From: Malacoraja senta
Taxonomy: Eukaryota
Reading direction: 5' to 3'
Length of the DNA stretch: 64,000 nt
Assembly: GCA_038087875.1 (NCBI GenBank)
Contig: CM075995.1
Span: forward strand, 9,302,001 to 9,366,000
Part shown: positions 24,453 through 38,204 of the stretch, one piece after another
How positions within the stretch are numbered: the stretch's first letter is position 1
Layout: every line of letters begins with the position of its first letter
Notes under the pieces: model-generated
What the model saw: the letters and a program-made list of their open reading frames with translations, nothing else
Database searches by the model: none
Told to the model about the DNA's origin: nothing
Position numbers and translations under genes: made by a program

Positions 24453-24976
24453 TCCGCAGTTTCTGATTTGCGATTGAATACTGATTGCTGGCGTTTGAGG
24501 CTGAGACAGCACAAGGCGACGATATTTGTTTTTTTCAGTTCCTGAGCCTAAATTTGTGAAATGAATTTTGTCCCCGAAGAATGTAAATGGAGCCGAGGTC
24601 ATTGTCTTTGTATCAAGATCTACATGAAGATCTTGAGCTGAAGTTTGATGACAGTGTGGAAAATGATGGTGTGTTGTGCTGTGGGAGCTGATGTTTCCAT
24701 TATGCTCTCTATTGATAAATATCTTGTACTGCAACAGTTTGACTCGAATGCAGTTTATTTAAAGTGTGCTCAAAATGTTTCATTCATCTCCCAGCTTTGC
24801 TTCAACTTGAAGATCTTTCATGACTCCATTAATATTAGCAAATGTATTAAACATCATAGACTAATGGTTGTGTTCTCTACTTAGTGTGGCACCAAAAGGT
24901 TGGCTTTTCTTTTATTTGTTCGCTTTATGAGATCTGGAGATTGATGGAAGGACTGGCATTTATTGCCCATCCCCTT

Positions 24977-25910
24977 TGACTAGTGGTGCCTCAGGGTTCG
25001 ATGCTGGGCCCTTTACTGTTTGTCATCTGTATTAATGATTTGGATGAGAACATACATGGCAAGATTAGCAAGTTTGCAGATGATAAAAAAGTGGCAGATA
25101 GTGAAGATGGTTGTGAAATTTTTTAGCATGATATTGATCGATTGGCCAGGTGGGCTAAGGAATGGTTGATGGAATTTAATACAAAGAAATATGGGTTGTT
25201 GCATTTTCGGAAGTCTAACATGGGCATGACATACACAGTGAATAGTAGGGCTCTGGAAAGTGTTGTAGAGCAGAGGGATCTAGGAGTACAGGTGCATGGT
25301 TCCTTGAAGGTGGAGTCGCAGGTGAATAGGTGGTCAAAAAGGCTTTTGGCACTTTGGCCTTCATCACTCAGAGTACTGAGTATAGAAATTGGGAAGTCAT
25401 GTGGCAGTTGGGTAAGACGTTGGTGAGGCTGCATTTAGAGTATTGTGTTCAGTTCTGGGCACCATATTGTAGGAAAGATGTTGTCAAGCTGGAAAGGGTA
25501 CAGAGAAAATGTACGAGGATGTTGCCAGGACTAGAGGAGGCTGGGACTATTCCTAGGAGCACAGGAGGATGAGGGGTGATCTTATTGAGGTATATAAAAT
25601 CATGAGAGGAATAGATCGGGTACATGCACAGAATCTCTTGCTCAGCGTACGTGAATCGAGGATCGGTGGACATAGGTTTAACATGAAGGGGAAAAGATTT
25701 TATAGGAATCTGAGGGGTAACTTTTTCACACAGAGGGTGGTGGGGGTATGGAATGAACTGCCATCACAACGTTTAAGAAACAGTTAAACAGGTACATGGA
25801 TAGGACATGTTTGGAGTGAATTAACAAAACGCGGGCAGGTGGGTGTAGTAGCTGGGACATGTGGGCCAAAGGGCCTGTTTAAATGCTATATGACTCTACG
25901 ACTATGACTC
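24977..25910 (+). mobile_element. 5'-truncated CR1 inserted into an older repeat
   Basis: [45 protein letters not shown]; (TATGACTC) tail; host resumes with ATCCC at ~25912. Confidence 0.9.
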
Positions 25911-26361
25911 TATCCCTACTTGCCCGTGAGAAAATGGTGGTGAACCATGAACCATGCAGTTCTTCTGGTGAAGGTATTCCGTGATCTAGACCCAGTGATG
26001 ATGAAGGAACTGCACGGTGTGTGATTAGTGAGGGGTGGGGGATATGGGAGGCTAGACTGCCAGTCACGGTCTTCCCAAGTCCCTGAAGCCATCTTCCTAA
26101 ATGACAGCAGTCGCTGATTTGGGAAGCACTGTGGGAGCAGCCTAGGTATTAACAATGCATTTTGGAGATGGCACAAACTTAGAAACATAGACAATAGGTG
26201 CAGGAGTAGGCCATTCGGCCCTTCGAGCCAGCACTGCCATTCAATATGATCATGGCTGATCATTCAGAATCAGTACCCGGTTCCTGCTTTCTCCCCATGT
26301 CCCTTGATTACGTTAGCCCTAAGAGCTAAATCTAACTCTCATGAGATGGTACACACTTTTT

Positions 26362-26660
26362 TGGTGGCGCAGTGTTAGAGTTGCTGCCTTACAGTGCCAG
26401 AGATCCAGGTTCAATCCTGACTTTGGGTGCTGTCTGGATGGAGTTTGTACGTTCTCTCTGTGACCACCTGGGTTTTCTCTGTGTGCTCCGGTTTCCTCCC
26501 ACACTCTAAAGACGTACAGGTTTGTAGATCATTTGGCTTTGCTAAAATTGTAAATTGTCTCTATGGTGTTAGTGTGCTGGGATCGCTGACCTGCGCGGAC
26601 TCGGTGGGCCGAAGGGCCTGCTTCCGCTCTGATCTCTAAACTAAAAAAACTAACTAAGCT
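26362..26660 (+). mobile_element. V-SINE
   Basis: GGTGGCGCAG..GGTTCAATCC head, V-domain, tail. Confidence 0.85.
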
Positions 26661-27548
26661 AAACTACAGGTGGCAGATCTGTTCTGTGTCCACTCATTTA
26701 ACACGATTGTGATGCCACAGTACGTAATATGGGAAGATGAGTCTTTTTCACCACCAAGGTTGTGCTGTGGTCCATGTGACTGTGGACAGATGCATCTGCC
26801 ACAGGTGGATTGATGAGGATAAGATTGGGTTAGTTCACTCACTAGCTGTGTAGACTCAGCCTGGAAGCTCTGTACTTCAGGACTGGGCCAGCTCAGCCAC
26901 TGGTGACGCTACCAAGCCAGGATTGATACGGGACATTAAAATCCCCCACCTCCAGTAAATTCTACTGTAAGTGCTTCTTCCAAGTGTTAAGCAAGAGTGG
27001 TGGGTGTATAGACTAAGCTGCCGGAGGAGGTATTTGAGGCAGGTGCTATCGCAACGTTTAAGAAACATTTTGATGGTTCATGGATAGGATAGGTTTTGAG
27101 GGATATGGACCAAACGCGGGCAGTTTGTGGGACTTGTGTAGATGGGACATGTTGGTTGGTGTGGGCAAGTTGGGCCAAAGAGCCTGCTTCTACGCTGAAA
27201 GTCTATGACAAAAAAGGAACGATGGTTCCTCAGCCAAGAGACGACAGTGGGTGGAGATTTCTCGGGAGGTGGTTTCCTGGCCCATGTGTGACCTGATGTC
27301 TTGAGCTCTGCACCCAGTGCTGAGGACTGGAGAGTTCCTTTCCCTTGCCTGTACATAACTGTGCTACTACCTCCAGTGGGCTTGTACTGTGTTGACTAGG
27401 TCAGTCTTGACTTTGACTTTGTCACGTCCGACTGGTGCAGGGACTGATTCCAGATAGCCATCCAGTTTTCTTCTTTATCTTATTACCTATTAATTTTAAT
27501 GCTGCATTTGGTATGCTGCATTTGGTATGCATTTAATGCTGCATTTGG

Positions 27549-27965
27549 TAGAATGGAGCGGCTGGGCTTGAATACTCTGGAATATCGAAGGATGAGAGGG
27601 AATATTGAAGCATATAAGATTATTAAGGGTTTGGACACGTTCCCTATGTTGGGGGAGTCCAGAACCAGGGGCCACAGTTTAAGACTAAGGGGTAGGCTAT
27701 TTAGAATGTAGATGAGGAAAAACTTTTTCTCACAGAGAGTTGTGAATCTGTGGAATTCTCTGCCTCAGAAGGCAGTGGAGGCCAATTCTCTGGATACTTT
27801 CAAGAGAGAGTTAGATAGAGCTCTTAAAGAGAACAGTGTCAGGGGATATCGGGAGAAGGCAGGAACGGGGTACTGATTGGGGATGATCAGCCATGATCAT
27901 ATTGAATGGCGGTGCTGGCTTGAAGGGCCGAATGGCCTACTCCTGCACCTATTGTGTATTATCTA
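27549..27965 (+). mobile_element. CR1 3' fragment
   Basis: RMERLGLNTLEYRRMRG..YKIIKGLD..SRTRGHSLRLRG. Confidence 0.85.
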
Positions 27966-28442
27966 TAAAATGTACAGAGGTATCATAATTGAACAGTTGA
28001 CCTGACTATCTTGCAAGGTAGGAAAGAGGTTAAAAGAAATGGCCACGATGACCATTTTGGACTTGGCCTGATACGGAGCAATGAGTTGAGAGAAACTGCT
28101 CCTTGTTTTGCAAGAATATTTGCATTCACCAGATTACCAAGGATACTGTGACCAAACGTATGAACTGCATCTCTCCAAACTCAGAAACAGGGACTGTATT
28201 TAACCCGTGGCAACCCTTGGCTTGGTCCATGTGTTGAAGTGCATCATAATAGGTGGTTCAGGAAGAGGACTGCTTTGTAGGAGGAAGGGAATGAAGGGCT
28301 GGGAGAGACCATCGTTGCTGTGCTGTGTGGGGGAGAGGATTGTAACATGGAATGAGGTTGAGGAGTTGATGAGATGAACTTTGTTGGATAGTTGGAGAAA
28401 AGATCTAGGCAGGTAATCTGGTGGGGTGGTCAGGCTAATCTT

Positions 28443-28740
28443 AAGGGCGACACGATGGTGCAGTGGTAGAGTTGCTGCCTTACAGTGCCAGAGACCTGGG
28501 TTTGATCCTAACTATGGGTGTTGTCTGTACGGAGTTTGTATGTTCTCCCTGACACTTGCGTGGGTTTTCTCCGGTTTGCTCCCATATTCCAAAGACACAC
28601 AGGTTTGTAGATTAATTGGGTTGGTAAAACTGTAATTTGCCCCTGGTGTGCGTAAGATTGTGTTAATGTGCGGGGTTCGTGTGTTGGTGCTGACCTGGTG
28701 AGCCAAGGGCTCCGTTTCCGCGGTGTATCTATAAACTAAT
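28443..28740 (+). mobile_element. V-SINE
   Basis: Complete head, V-domain and tail. Confidence 0.85.
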
Positions 28741-28944
28741 CATCTTGGAGTTAGGCAGATGGCATGACTCTTTCCATGACTCTAAGATTTACGATGGATC
28801 CTCACCGCTGGGTGGGGCCAGACAGATATTTTGGGCTTTGTAGTAATATGCCATGAAATCGAGGCCTGAAAACACTGGTGGCAAAGGAGGTTATGGTGTT
28901 GACTAGTGGTCACTACAACATTAGACACTACTTGGCAGAAGGGG

Positions 28945-29260
28945 TGTGTAGGAAGGAACAGCAGACACAAAATGATGGAGTAACTCAGCGGGACAGGCAG
29001 CATCTCTGAAGAGATGGAATGGGTGATGTTTTGGGTCGAGACCCTTCTTCAGACTGAGTCGGAGATGGAGACAGGGATATGGACGGGTAAAGTGTGAAAA
29101 TGAGAGATCAAAGGGGACAAAGATCAAGGAAAATGTAGAGTAGATCATTGTTAGCGAGGGGAAGGTGACAACGAGGCATACAATCGGTAAAATTTAATCA
29201 GGACAGTCAAATTAGTCTGAGAACTAGGAAGGGGAATGGCGGGACAGCCAAGCAAAGCAG
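28945..29260 (-). mobile_element. Penelope-like 3' UTR fragment
   Basis: Reverse complement of the 3' UTR at 35080-35310; hammerhead motif ~29023-29055. Confidence 0.8.
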
Positions 29261-29530
29261 GGTCTTAATTCTCAGGTTTAAACCTGCATCACTGTTCAGA
29301 CTCAAATGTCTCTCCAAATACACAGATTTCGCCCTCCATGTAGAAAATAAAGAAAACCTTGAACCTTTTAGAATTAGCATCTTTTAATCTTAGACATCAC
29401 TGCGAATTGTGTCTGATTTCATTTAGATAAAATGTAGTCTCAGCCAGTGGAGTTTGTTGTACTACTAGGGAAGACGTGCTCTATTGAATCAATTTGATTC
29501 ATTGATCAATGTTCATTCATTTTGAGGACA

Positions 29531-30250
29531 AAGTTTCAAAGGTTTCAAAGGTCTTTTATTGACACATGTTCCAATTAAGGTGCAGTGATATTCGTATTAC
29601 CATACAGCCATACTAACAAAAGCAACAAGACACACAACTACATAAAAGCTAACATAAACTTCCACCACAGCGGATTCCCCACATTCCTCACTGTGATGGA
29701 AGGCAATAAAGTCTAATCTTCTTCCCTCATTTTTCTCCCGCGGTCGGGGCAGTCGAACCATCTGCAGTCGGGGCGATCGAAGCCCCCGTAGCCGGCGATT
29801 GAAGCTCCCGCGTTGGGGCGGTCGAAGCTCCCGCGTTGGGGCGGTCGAAGCTCCCGCATTGGGGCGGTCGAAGCTCCTGCGGCTTGGAGCTTCCGAAGTC
29901 GATCTCTAACCAGGGACCGCGAGCAGTCCGCACGATCCCGCTGTTCAAGCACAGAGGTCGATCCCTGGCATAGGGATCGCCAGCTCCACGATGGTAAGTC
30001 CGCAGACCCGAAGTCGGTCTGCAGCAACTCCTCGATGTTAGGCCAAAGTGCAGACGGAGATACCATACGGAAAACAATCGCATCTCCGTCAAGGTTAGAG
30101 ATGAAAAAAAAGTCTCCCCCCCCCCCTTCCCCATCCCCGTAAAACAAGGTGAAGAACACTAACAACATACATTTAACAAATACTAAAGAAACAACAGAGA
30201 AGGAAGGGACAGAGAGACTGTTGGCGAGGCAGCCACTACTGGCGCGCACA
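29531..30250 (-). mobile_element. GC/CpG-rich non-coding retroelement with Rex1-like tail
   Basis: (CCTTTGAAA)n tail on the minus strand after AATAAA; internal ~23-bp repeats GAAGCTCCCGCGTTGGGGCGGTC; shares CACTGTGA.GGAAGGCA..AAAGTC with 14635-14660. Confidence 0.7.
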
Positions 30251-30430
30251 GTTCTAAGAAATTGGTTGTGATTCCACAAAATTTAGGAAACCCCTTAATT
30301 CCGACCAGCGAAGCAGTTGGAAAATGCTATGACGGCCAATTACAGGAAAGTTTTACAGGAATGAATCCTATCAGGAATTCTTACTCGACTGCTAGTTGCA
30401 AAGTTACTGCTTTGAATTCCTTTTTCACTA

Positions 30431-30760
30431 AAGAGTCATACAGCATGGAAGCAAGCCCTTTGGCCCAACTTGCCCATGATGATCAACATGCCCATCTGCC
30501 CTACCATTGGCCCATAACCCTCTAAACATACCCTATCCATGTACCTGTCCAAATGCCTCTTAAATGTTATGACAGTCGCTGCCTCGACTACCTTCACTGA
30601 CAGCTCACTCCATACATCCACCACCCTTTGTGTTAAAAAGGTACCCCTCATGTTCCTATTAAATCTTTCCCCCCTCACCTTAAACCTATGTCCCATGATT
30701 CTCGATTTCCCTACTCTGGGCAAGAGACTCTGTGCATTTACCTGCTTTATTCCTCTATAT
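30431..30760 (-). mobile_element. CR1 3' end
   Basis: ORF 30436..30723: GHRFKVRGERFNRNMRGTFLTQRVVDVWSEL. Confidence 0.85.
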
Positions 30761-32675
30761 GGCTGATAATATATTTGGATGCTGTTATTATATAAATTGC
30801 TTCATGTGTTTTTATATTTTGTTCAGTTTGCTGTGTCCAATCTCACAAACTCCTTTTCAAGTCTATTTAAACTTGTGCTTTAAGTTCGGGAGCATTTAAT
30901 TGTAAAAAGTGCAAAACAAATGGCTATTGCAGAAAATCCTGATCTTGCTTGTGTGTGATAAACATCAAGCAAGAGCAGTGCTAGTAGGTTGATTATAATG
31001 AGGGGCAAGAAACTTGTTCTCCTCACTTTCTCCCTGGCTTCAATCCTCAAACAACATGGAAAACTCAGCAGAGAACCAAGACCAGGCTAATGCTTCTAGT
31101 AGCCGTGGCCTCGGAGCACAAAATACTGCACTTAATGCCTAGGTTTCAGTTTAGTTCATTGTCACGTGTATCAAGGTACAGTGAAAAGCTTTTGTTGCGG
31201 GCTAACCATTCAGCAGAAAGACAATACATTATTACAATCGAGTCATTTACAGTGTACAGATACATGATAAGGGAATAATGTACTGAAGGAAGATTTGACT
31301 AATTTACAGAAAAGTGCAGTTGAATCTGTTTTTAATCAGTAGAATAACCCATTCACAATTCTTACAGTTAAATGGAGATTTTTTGGTTTGTGTCAGCACA
31401 CAGTCATTTAGATGAAATAGCTTTCTCTACTAACTTCCACGAAGATGTTTACAAAAATACTTTCCACTCATTAACAGTAGGGTATTGTGTGTTGTAACTA
31501 TTGCTCGCAGTAGATGAGAGAATTTTGTGAGATGTGACAAATTGTTGGATAGTGAGTTGTGAAATAACTTGTAATTGGCTGCTTGTGATGTCGATACTGT
31601 CAGAATAGGTATAATGAGCTGATTTCACTGACAACCAATGGAAGGGTACTGTTGCACCAAGTTGGGATTGGTTTATTGCATACAGTTTGTTTTATGTAAC
31701 TGTGCTTCATTCCTTGGATCCTTGTCCAGAAGTACCATCGCTCGCTCTTCTTGTGAGATTCTGCTGTTGTTTAGATCGAGATGTTTGTTGTAATTCTTGG
31801 AGTCTGTGTTGATGCTGTTGGAATGCTGTAAATCCTTGCAAATCAGTGGTAAGAATATACATTTCGAAATGCATCCCTTTATTTGACTTTGTAAATGGCA
31901 GGCTTCTTGCATTGTGCTAGAGTAGCTATTAATCTGCTAGAGCTTGAGAATCGAACATCATTTTGGAAAGTGATAACATTTTGTGCTGAGTTAATCTGGT
32001 CATTTTTTGGTCTGACAGTGGAAAATCTGGCCATGAAAGTTAATGAATTGTCATGAAAAATCAAGTGGTTCACTTTTACTGGGCAGGTAAGGGAACTTGC
32101 ATGTTTTAAAGTCTACTTGCTCCACTCCCCTTGTCCTGGTCGTGTATGTAGTTGAGTCTAATTTTCCTGGGATGTCTTCGAAAAGCACAGTTAATGAAAC
32201 TCCCTGTAACTTTTCTAGATAACCAGCCCAAAGCAGTAAATGGAAATTCACCGGTGTCATCTGTGTGATCCCGTCTACTGCTTGAGAACTCATTTATTTA
32301 AAGTGGCTTGAAATATCTTCATGCAGTGTTCAGCTGAAAGGGTGCAATCAACAACTGTAACTTTGACTACTACTTATAATTCCAAAACAACTTACTACAG
32401 AATGTGCCAAGGCTCCTCACAGGACCATTATTTAATATAATTTAAAACTGAGCCACACAAGGCAAAAAAGATCACAAAGTAGATTGTCCTGTGTGCTGTT
32501 AGCAGGAAAGATGAGGCTGAAGGAGGAAATTAGGACTTTGACAGAAGGTGGAGTAGATTCGAAGCTGTTCGAAAAAAAACGAATTAGGGGAGCAGAGATA
32601 CCGAGGAGGGTTGAAAGGTGGAGCTTGCCGTGGGTTAAAGAGTGGCAAGATCACGGAGGAGTGTGACGATTTACT

Positions 32676-32842
32676 GGTAGACACAAAATGCTGGAGTAAC
32701 TCAGCAGGACAGGCAGCATCTCTGGAGACCTTTCAGCCATCACTCATTCCTTCTCTCTAGAGATGCTGCCTGTTCCACTGAGTTACTCTAGCATTTTGTG
32801 CCTATCTTCGATTTAAACCAGCATCTGCAGTTCCTTCCTACA
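32676..32842. mobile_element. Hairpin mini-Penelope (family 1)
   Basis: Arms GTAGACACAAAATGCTGGAGTAACTCAG/CTGAGTTACTCTAGCATTTTGTG plus tail CCAGCATCTGCAGTTCCTTCC. Confidence 0.8.
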
Positions 32843-33541
32843 CAATCAGTTACTGCAGCAAGCAAGCAAGCCTAGGTCTGATTATGGGTATTCATGACAT
32901 GATGCAATTTGTGGCACCAGAAAGGAATTTTGAAGAGTGGACCTTGGAATATGAGAATAGTCATATTTGCAGATACCTGTGTGGAGTAATTCCGTGGCTG
33001 CTTTTCATGTTTGAAGAAGGGTCTCGACACGAAACGTCACCTATTCCTTTTCTCCAGAGTTGCTGCTGACCCGCTGAGTTACCCCAGCATTATGTGTTTA
33101 TCTTTGTAGCTTTTCATGATTTGAGGCATTCAGCTGTTACCTCTGTGTGAAAGCACAGCAAGGGACCAGATGTGACCGAGGGAAGAGATTGACGATGGAG
33201 ATGTGGAGAAATGACTTCAATCCAAAGGATGTCAACCTTGACTACGGAAATTAGGAGGATTGGAGGCAGGGGCTGGCGTTGGTGGAATTGGGAGATGCAA
33301 TTTGCACATGAGCCAGTGGAATCTAGTGATGGCTGTGGAGGTCAAGTTGCTGAATATATTTACAAAGAGTATAGATACATTTCTAGGGACAAAAAGCATT
33401 AAAAGGATCAGCCCGAAGAAGTGTCCTGACCCAAAACCCGTCTCCAGAAGCTGCCTGATCCACTGAGTTCCTCCAGCACTTTATGTTTTGCTCAAGATCC
33501 CAGCACCTGCAGTTTCTTGTGTCAATAACATAGAGAGTGAA

Positions 33542-33745
33542 GGTACACAAAAATGCTGGAGAAACTCAGCGGGTGCAGCAGCATCTATGGAGCGAAGGAA
33601 ATAGGCAATGTTTCGGGCTAAAACCCTTCTTCAGCCCGAAACGTTGCCTATTTCCTTCGCTCCATAGATGCTGCTGCACCTGCTGAGTTTCTCCAGCATT
33701 TTTGTGTACCTTCGATTTTCCAGCATCTGCAGTTCCTTCTTAAAC
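33542..33745. mobile_element. Hairpin mini-Penelope (family 2)
   Basis: Near-perfect inverted arms, 35-nt unpaired tail, TSD ACATAGAGAGTGAA at 33528-33541 and 33746-33759. Confidence 0.9.
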
Positions 33746-34304
33746 ACATAGAGAGTGAATATGGCATGAGATGATCAGCTATGTTAAATGGTGGAACAGC
33801 CTTGAAGGGCTGAATGGCCTTCTCCTGTATGTGTTTGATTGTGTTTGCCACTGTTTCTCTGAAATCATTAAGGCAAGGGAAATTACATCTCCCATTTTCA
33901 TTGCCCCTAACCCTGACACTTTTCCTAGTTAAGGTTGGCATCCTTTGGATTGTCTGGGATTTCCCCTGGATTGAATAATATCTTCTGGAGATTTCTAAGA
34001 GCAACCAAGGAGATATATCTCTCTGTCAATCCTGGAGAGATTGAGCACATTGAAGTTGTATATTGTACTAGCCTGAAGGACTCTTGTCCGGGAATTTAAC
34101 CAGTCAGGTTACTTGAAGGAGGCTTTCAAGAGAGAGTTAGAGTTAGATTTAGCTCTTAGGGCTAACGGAATCATGGGATATGGGGAAAAAGCAGGAACGG
34201 GTACTGTTTTTAGATGACCTGCCATGATCATATTTAATGACGGTGCGGACTCGAAGGGCTGAATGGCCTATTCCTGCATCTATGTTTCTAAGTCTGGTTC
34301 CGTC

Positions 34305-34660
34305 TGGTTCATTGTCACGTGTAACGAGGTACAGTGAAAAGCTTTTTGTTGTGTGCAATCCGGTTAGAGGAAAAACTATGCATGATTACAACCAAGCCAT
34401 TCGCAGTGTGCAGAGACAGGATAAAGGGAATAAAGTCTGGTAATAATAATCTGAGGGTCTCCTGTGGGGTAGATGGTAGCTCTGGACTGCACTCTGGTTT
34501 GTGATAGGATGGTTCAGTTGCCTGATAACAGCCGGGAAGAAACTGTCCCTGAACCTGGAGATGTGCGATTTCACACTTCTGTACCTCTTGCCTGATGGTA
34601 GAGGAGAGAAGAGGGAGTGGCCAGGGTGCGACTGGTCCGTGATTATGCTGCTGGCCTTGC
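34305..34660 (-). mobile_element. Rex1/Babar 3' end
   Basis: ...KSHISRFRDSFFPAVIRQLN plus 3' UTR. Confidence 0.85.
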
Positions 34661-34814
34661 CGAGTCTGACCTTCGTGCCCAGTGTGTGTGATGATGCAGT
34701 AGCATAGCTGAACTTGCATAGAGATTGCCTTCCCTTCCTCTGGATCCCAGAGGCAGGAAAGATGCCTTGTCAGTGCCAACAGGAGTGTTGGGAACAGGCA
34801 AGGTGTCCAGTACA

Positions 34815-35715
34815 GTGTAGGAAGGAACTGCAGTGTAAGGAACTGCAGATGCTGGTTTACACCGATGATAAACACAAAATTCTGGAGAGAATGAATGGGT
34901 GAAGTTGCTAAACACTTTAACTCCCCCTCCCCCTCCATTCCCACACTGACCTTCCTGTCCTGGGCCTCCTCCACTGTCAGAGTGAGGCCCAACACAAATT
35001 GGAGGAACAGTACTGCATATTTTGCTTGGGCAGCTTACAACCCAGCAGTATGAATATTGATTTATCTAACTTCAAGTAACCCTTGCTTTCCCTCTCTCTC
35101 AGTCCGTCCCCCAACCTAGTTCTCCGATTAGTATCATGTCCTTGTGATTAATTTTACTGATTGTATGCCTCGTTGTCACCTTCCCCTCAGCCAACGATGA
35201 ACCATTCTACATTTCCTTGACCATCGTCTGTCCCTATCACACCTTACCCTTCCATAATCCCTCGTCTCCCTCCCGCTGACCCTCAGTCTGAAGATGGGTC
35301 TCGACCCGAAATAGACAATAGGTGCAGGAGTAGGCCATTTGGCCCTTCGAGCCAATCATCCACAATCAGTATCCCGTTCCTGCCTTCTCCCCATATCCCC
35401 AGACTCCGCTATTTTTAAGAGCCCTATCTAGCTTTCCCTTGAAAGTATCCAGAGAACCTGCCTCCACTGCTCTCTGAGGCAGAGAATTCCACAGACTCAC
35501 AACTCTCTGAGAAAAAGTGTTTCCTCGTCTCCGTTCTAAATGGCTTACCCCTTATTCTTAAACTGTGGTCCCTGGTTCTGGACTCCCCCAACATCGGGAA
35601 CATGTTTCCTGCCTCTAGCGTGTCCTTTCCTGCCTCTAGCGTGTCCCCCATTGTCACCCATTCCTTCTCACCGGAGATGCTGCCTGTCCCGCTGTGTTAC
35701 TCCAGCATTTTATCT
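34815..35715 (+). mobile_element. Penelope-like 3' end with inverted 5' arm; CR1 (35311-35650, -) inserted in the hammerhead
   Basis: GIY-YIG end SHTDLPVLGLLHCQSEAQHKLEEQYCIFCLGSLQPSSMNID; CTGAAGATGGGTCTCGACCCGAAA then CR1; PLE resumes at GTCACCCATTCC (~35653). Confidence 0.85.
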
Positions 35716-36624
35716 GTCCAGTACCGTCGCGGACTGCTGGCGTTAGATGGCCATGACCCTGAGTGAGGTGTGGATTGGGCAACACGGCTTGCCAAGTCCA
35801 AGTGGGAGATAAGATCGGAAGCCTCTCTCACCTCACCCTGAACTGCTCGTCTGTTAGGTGGAGATCAGTCATTGGTGCGGTTTCACCACATGACATCCTG
35901 ATGCAATAGGTTTGAGGAGAAACCTCCTGGAACAGATCCAAACAAAGCTGACAGCCGTCATTCATGTCCACACCATGTGGTTTTCCATGGAATGCATTCT
36001 ACAGGTATAATGTTTTGCAAATTAATTCTAAGCTGATAAATGTCGCTAGATTTTGAGAGGGAATTGTATCCCTGATGAAAAGCCTTTAATCTTTTATGTA
36101 GGCATATCCTGAAAATCAACGTGTTTACTTTTGCATGAGGGCTGTAACAAACCTACACCAACCGCTGAAACCACTTCAGTTGGAGATAGAAATGTGTTTG
36201 ACTGGCAAGTTCCAACAAGGGAGAAAGAGTGACCTTATTCTGGTAGCTTTATGTTCAATGGAGCCGGCTGCGTGAAGCAGTTATGTATTACATTGCCACC
36301 TACTGGAACTTCCACATCTACAGTCAGTGTGTTTCATTTCTTCATCTTGTGTTGATCTTTCAGCTCAATATTAGGTAGGGTAATCACCAGAAGTAAATTG
36401 CAAACTGAACCAAAGTCTTTTAAATACCATATCGCTCTAGTTTTTGCAGTAAAATATTTTGTACATCTGTAAGCTGATGATTGAGCATTGATGATCTTCC
36501 AAAGTGCACTTTGTCCCATATAGAACAGTACAGCACAGGAACAGCTCCTTCAGCCACAAAGTCTGTGCCAAACATGATGCTAGGTTAATTATTGTCCTCT
36601 GCCTGCACGTGACCCCTCCCCCCA

Positions 36625-36876
36625 CCCCTCCGTCCGTGCCCGGGTGGTGTTTGAGAGGGACTACGCGCTGTCCACGGGCACCCTGGGGGAGTTCCGGTAC
36701 CGCTGGGCACCACGGGGGTGGAATATATCCTGGACAAGGAGTGAAGATAGTTGTTTAGTAGCTTACTTAGTATGGTTGTTTTGACGTGTATTTTGGTGGT
36801 GGGTTCTGTTTTGTTTTATTGTCTTGTAAATACTATTTTAATATTTGAATCAATATTTATGATTTTTTTTTAAAAA
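36625..36876 (+). mobile_element. Tx1-like (L1 group) LINE 3' end
   Basis: VRARVVFERDYALSTGTLGEFRYRWAPRG followed by a T-rich UTR. Confidence 0.6.
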
Positions 36877-37835
36877 GCAACGTGTTCCAGTCACCCACCA
36901 CTCTCTGTTTAAAAAACAAAAACTCCCCACATAAATCCTTACTCACCATAAAGCTATGCCCTCCAGTTGAGTAAACTGTGCTCTTACCATTTTGATTATT
37001 ACCAGATTGATTATTGAAGGATAACCATATGATTAAAAAGGAAAGTAAATATTTTGCTATAGAAAAGAAAGTGTAAGGAGAGTTGAAAGCTTTAGGAGCC
37101 CACCTACACTTATTTCGACCTTCACCGTGTTCTTAACCTGGATATGAATTTCTCAGTGCAACTAGAAATTATGAGGTGAGGTCAAATTTTGAAATTAATA
37201 TGTACTATATATAATATTTCTGATAATTATGTTGGGGCAGAGTGCCATTTTCAATAACATAAAGCTGAAGAGCTATTTCGATGAAAAGGTTTTTGGAGAA
37301 TTTTGCTTCATAATTAAATGCATGGTTTTATAATAATAATAATAATAATAATATCTTTTATTGTCATTGCACATATGTGCAACATGATTTGGTATGCAGC
37401 TTCCATCCTATAGTCATAACTTAAACAACTAATAAAAGGTAGATTTAGATACCCCGAGAAACATGATTTATAAAGAACAGTAAAACAGTCAAAACAGTCT
37501 AAAGTGCAAATGTGTCTGTGCCGGGTCGATGTGCGATGTGACCATCCGAGGGAGACAGTTCGTGGGGGGTGGGGGGGGGCGGCACTCAGCATTTATTTAC
37601 ATTAGCATGCAATAAAAAGGCTAGAAGAACTCAGAGGGTCAGGCAGCATCTGTGGAGGGAATGGACAGATGATGCATCGGGTCAGGACCCTTCTTCAGAC
37701 TGTTTGTGATGGGGGGGGGAGAACGCTGGAAAAGAGAGATGGAGGTGGGGGCAAAGCCTGGCAAGTGATAGGTGGATAGACACAAAGGGCTGGAGTAACT
37801 CAGTGGGTCAAGCAACATCTGTGGAGGGAAAGGAT

Positions 37836-37870
37836 GGGTGACGTTTCGGGTCGGGACCCTTCTTCAGACT
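37836..37870 (-). ncRNA. Minimal hammerhead ribozyme motif (intact core)
   Basis: Minus strand: AGU CUGAAGA A GGGUCCCGACCC GAAA CGUC ACCC. Confidence 0.6.
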
Positions 37871-38204
37871 GTTGTAGGAATCATAGAGGGGCAGCAGTGA
37901 GGTGATGTTGCAGAACTCCAGGAAGAGAACTTCTTCAAAGTAGGCAAATCTTGAGGAGATTTTACAGTGGAGCAGACAAAATGTGGATCTGCAGATGCTG
38001 GTTTATACCAAAGATAGACACAAAATGGTGGAATAACTGGCCTGGCTAGGGTACCATCTTTTTTTAATTGTTAAAAATACTGTAGAGTGTGATATTGTAC
38101 ATTGCTAATGCAACTGCAGAATAACACTTCACAATTAGTACTTCCATTTGTTGACAGTTGTTTCTTGCAACCACCCTCCATCACTAAGTTTTAAGTTGTG
38201 CACA

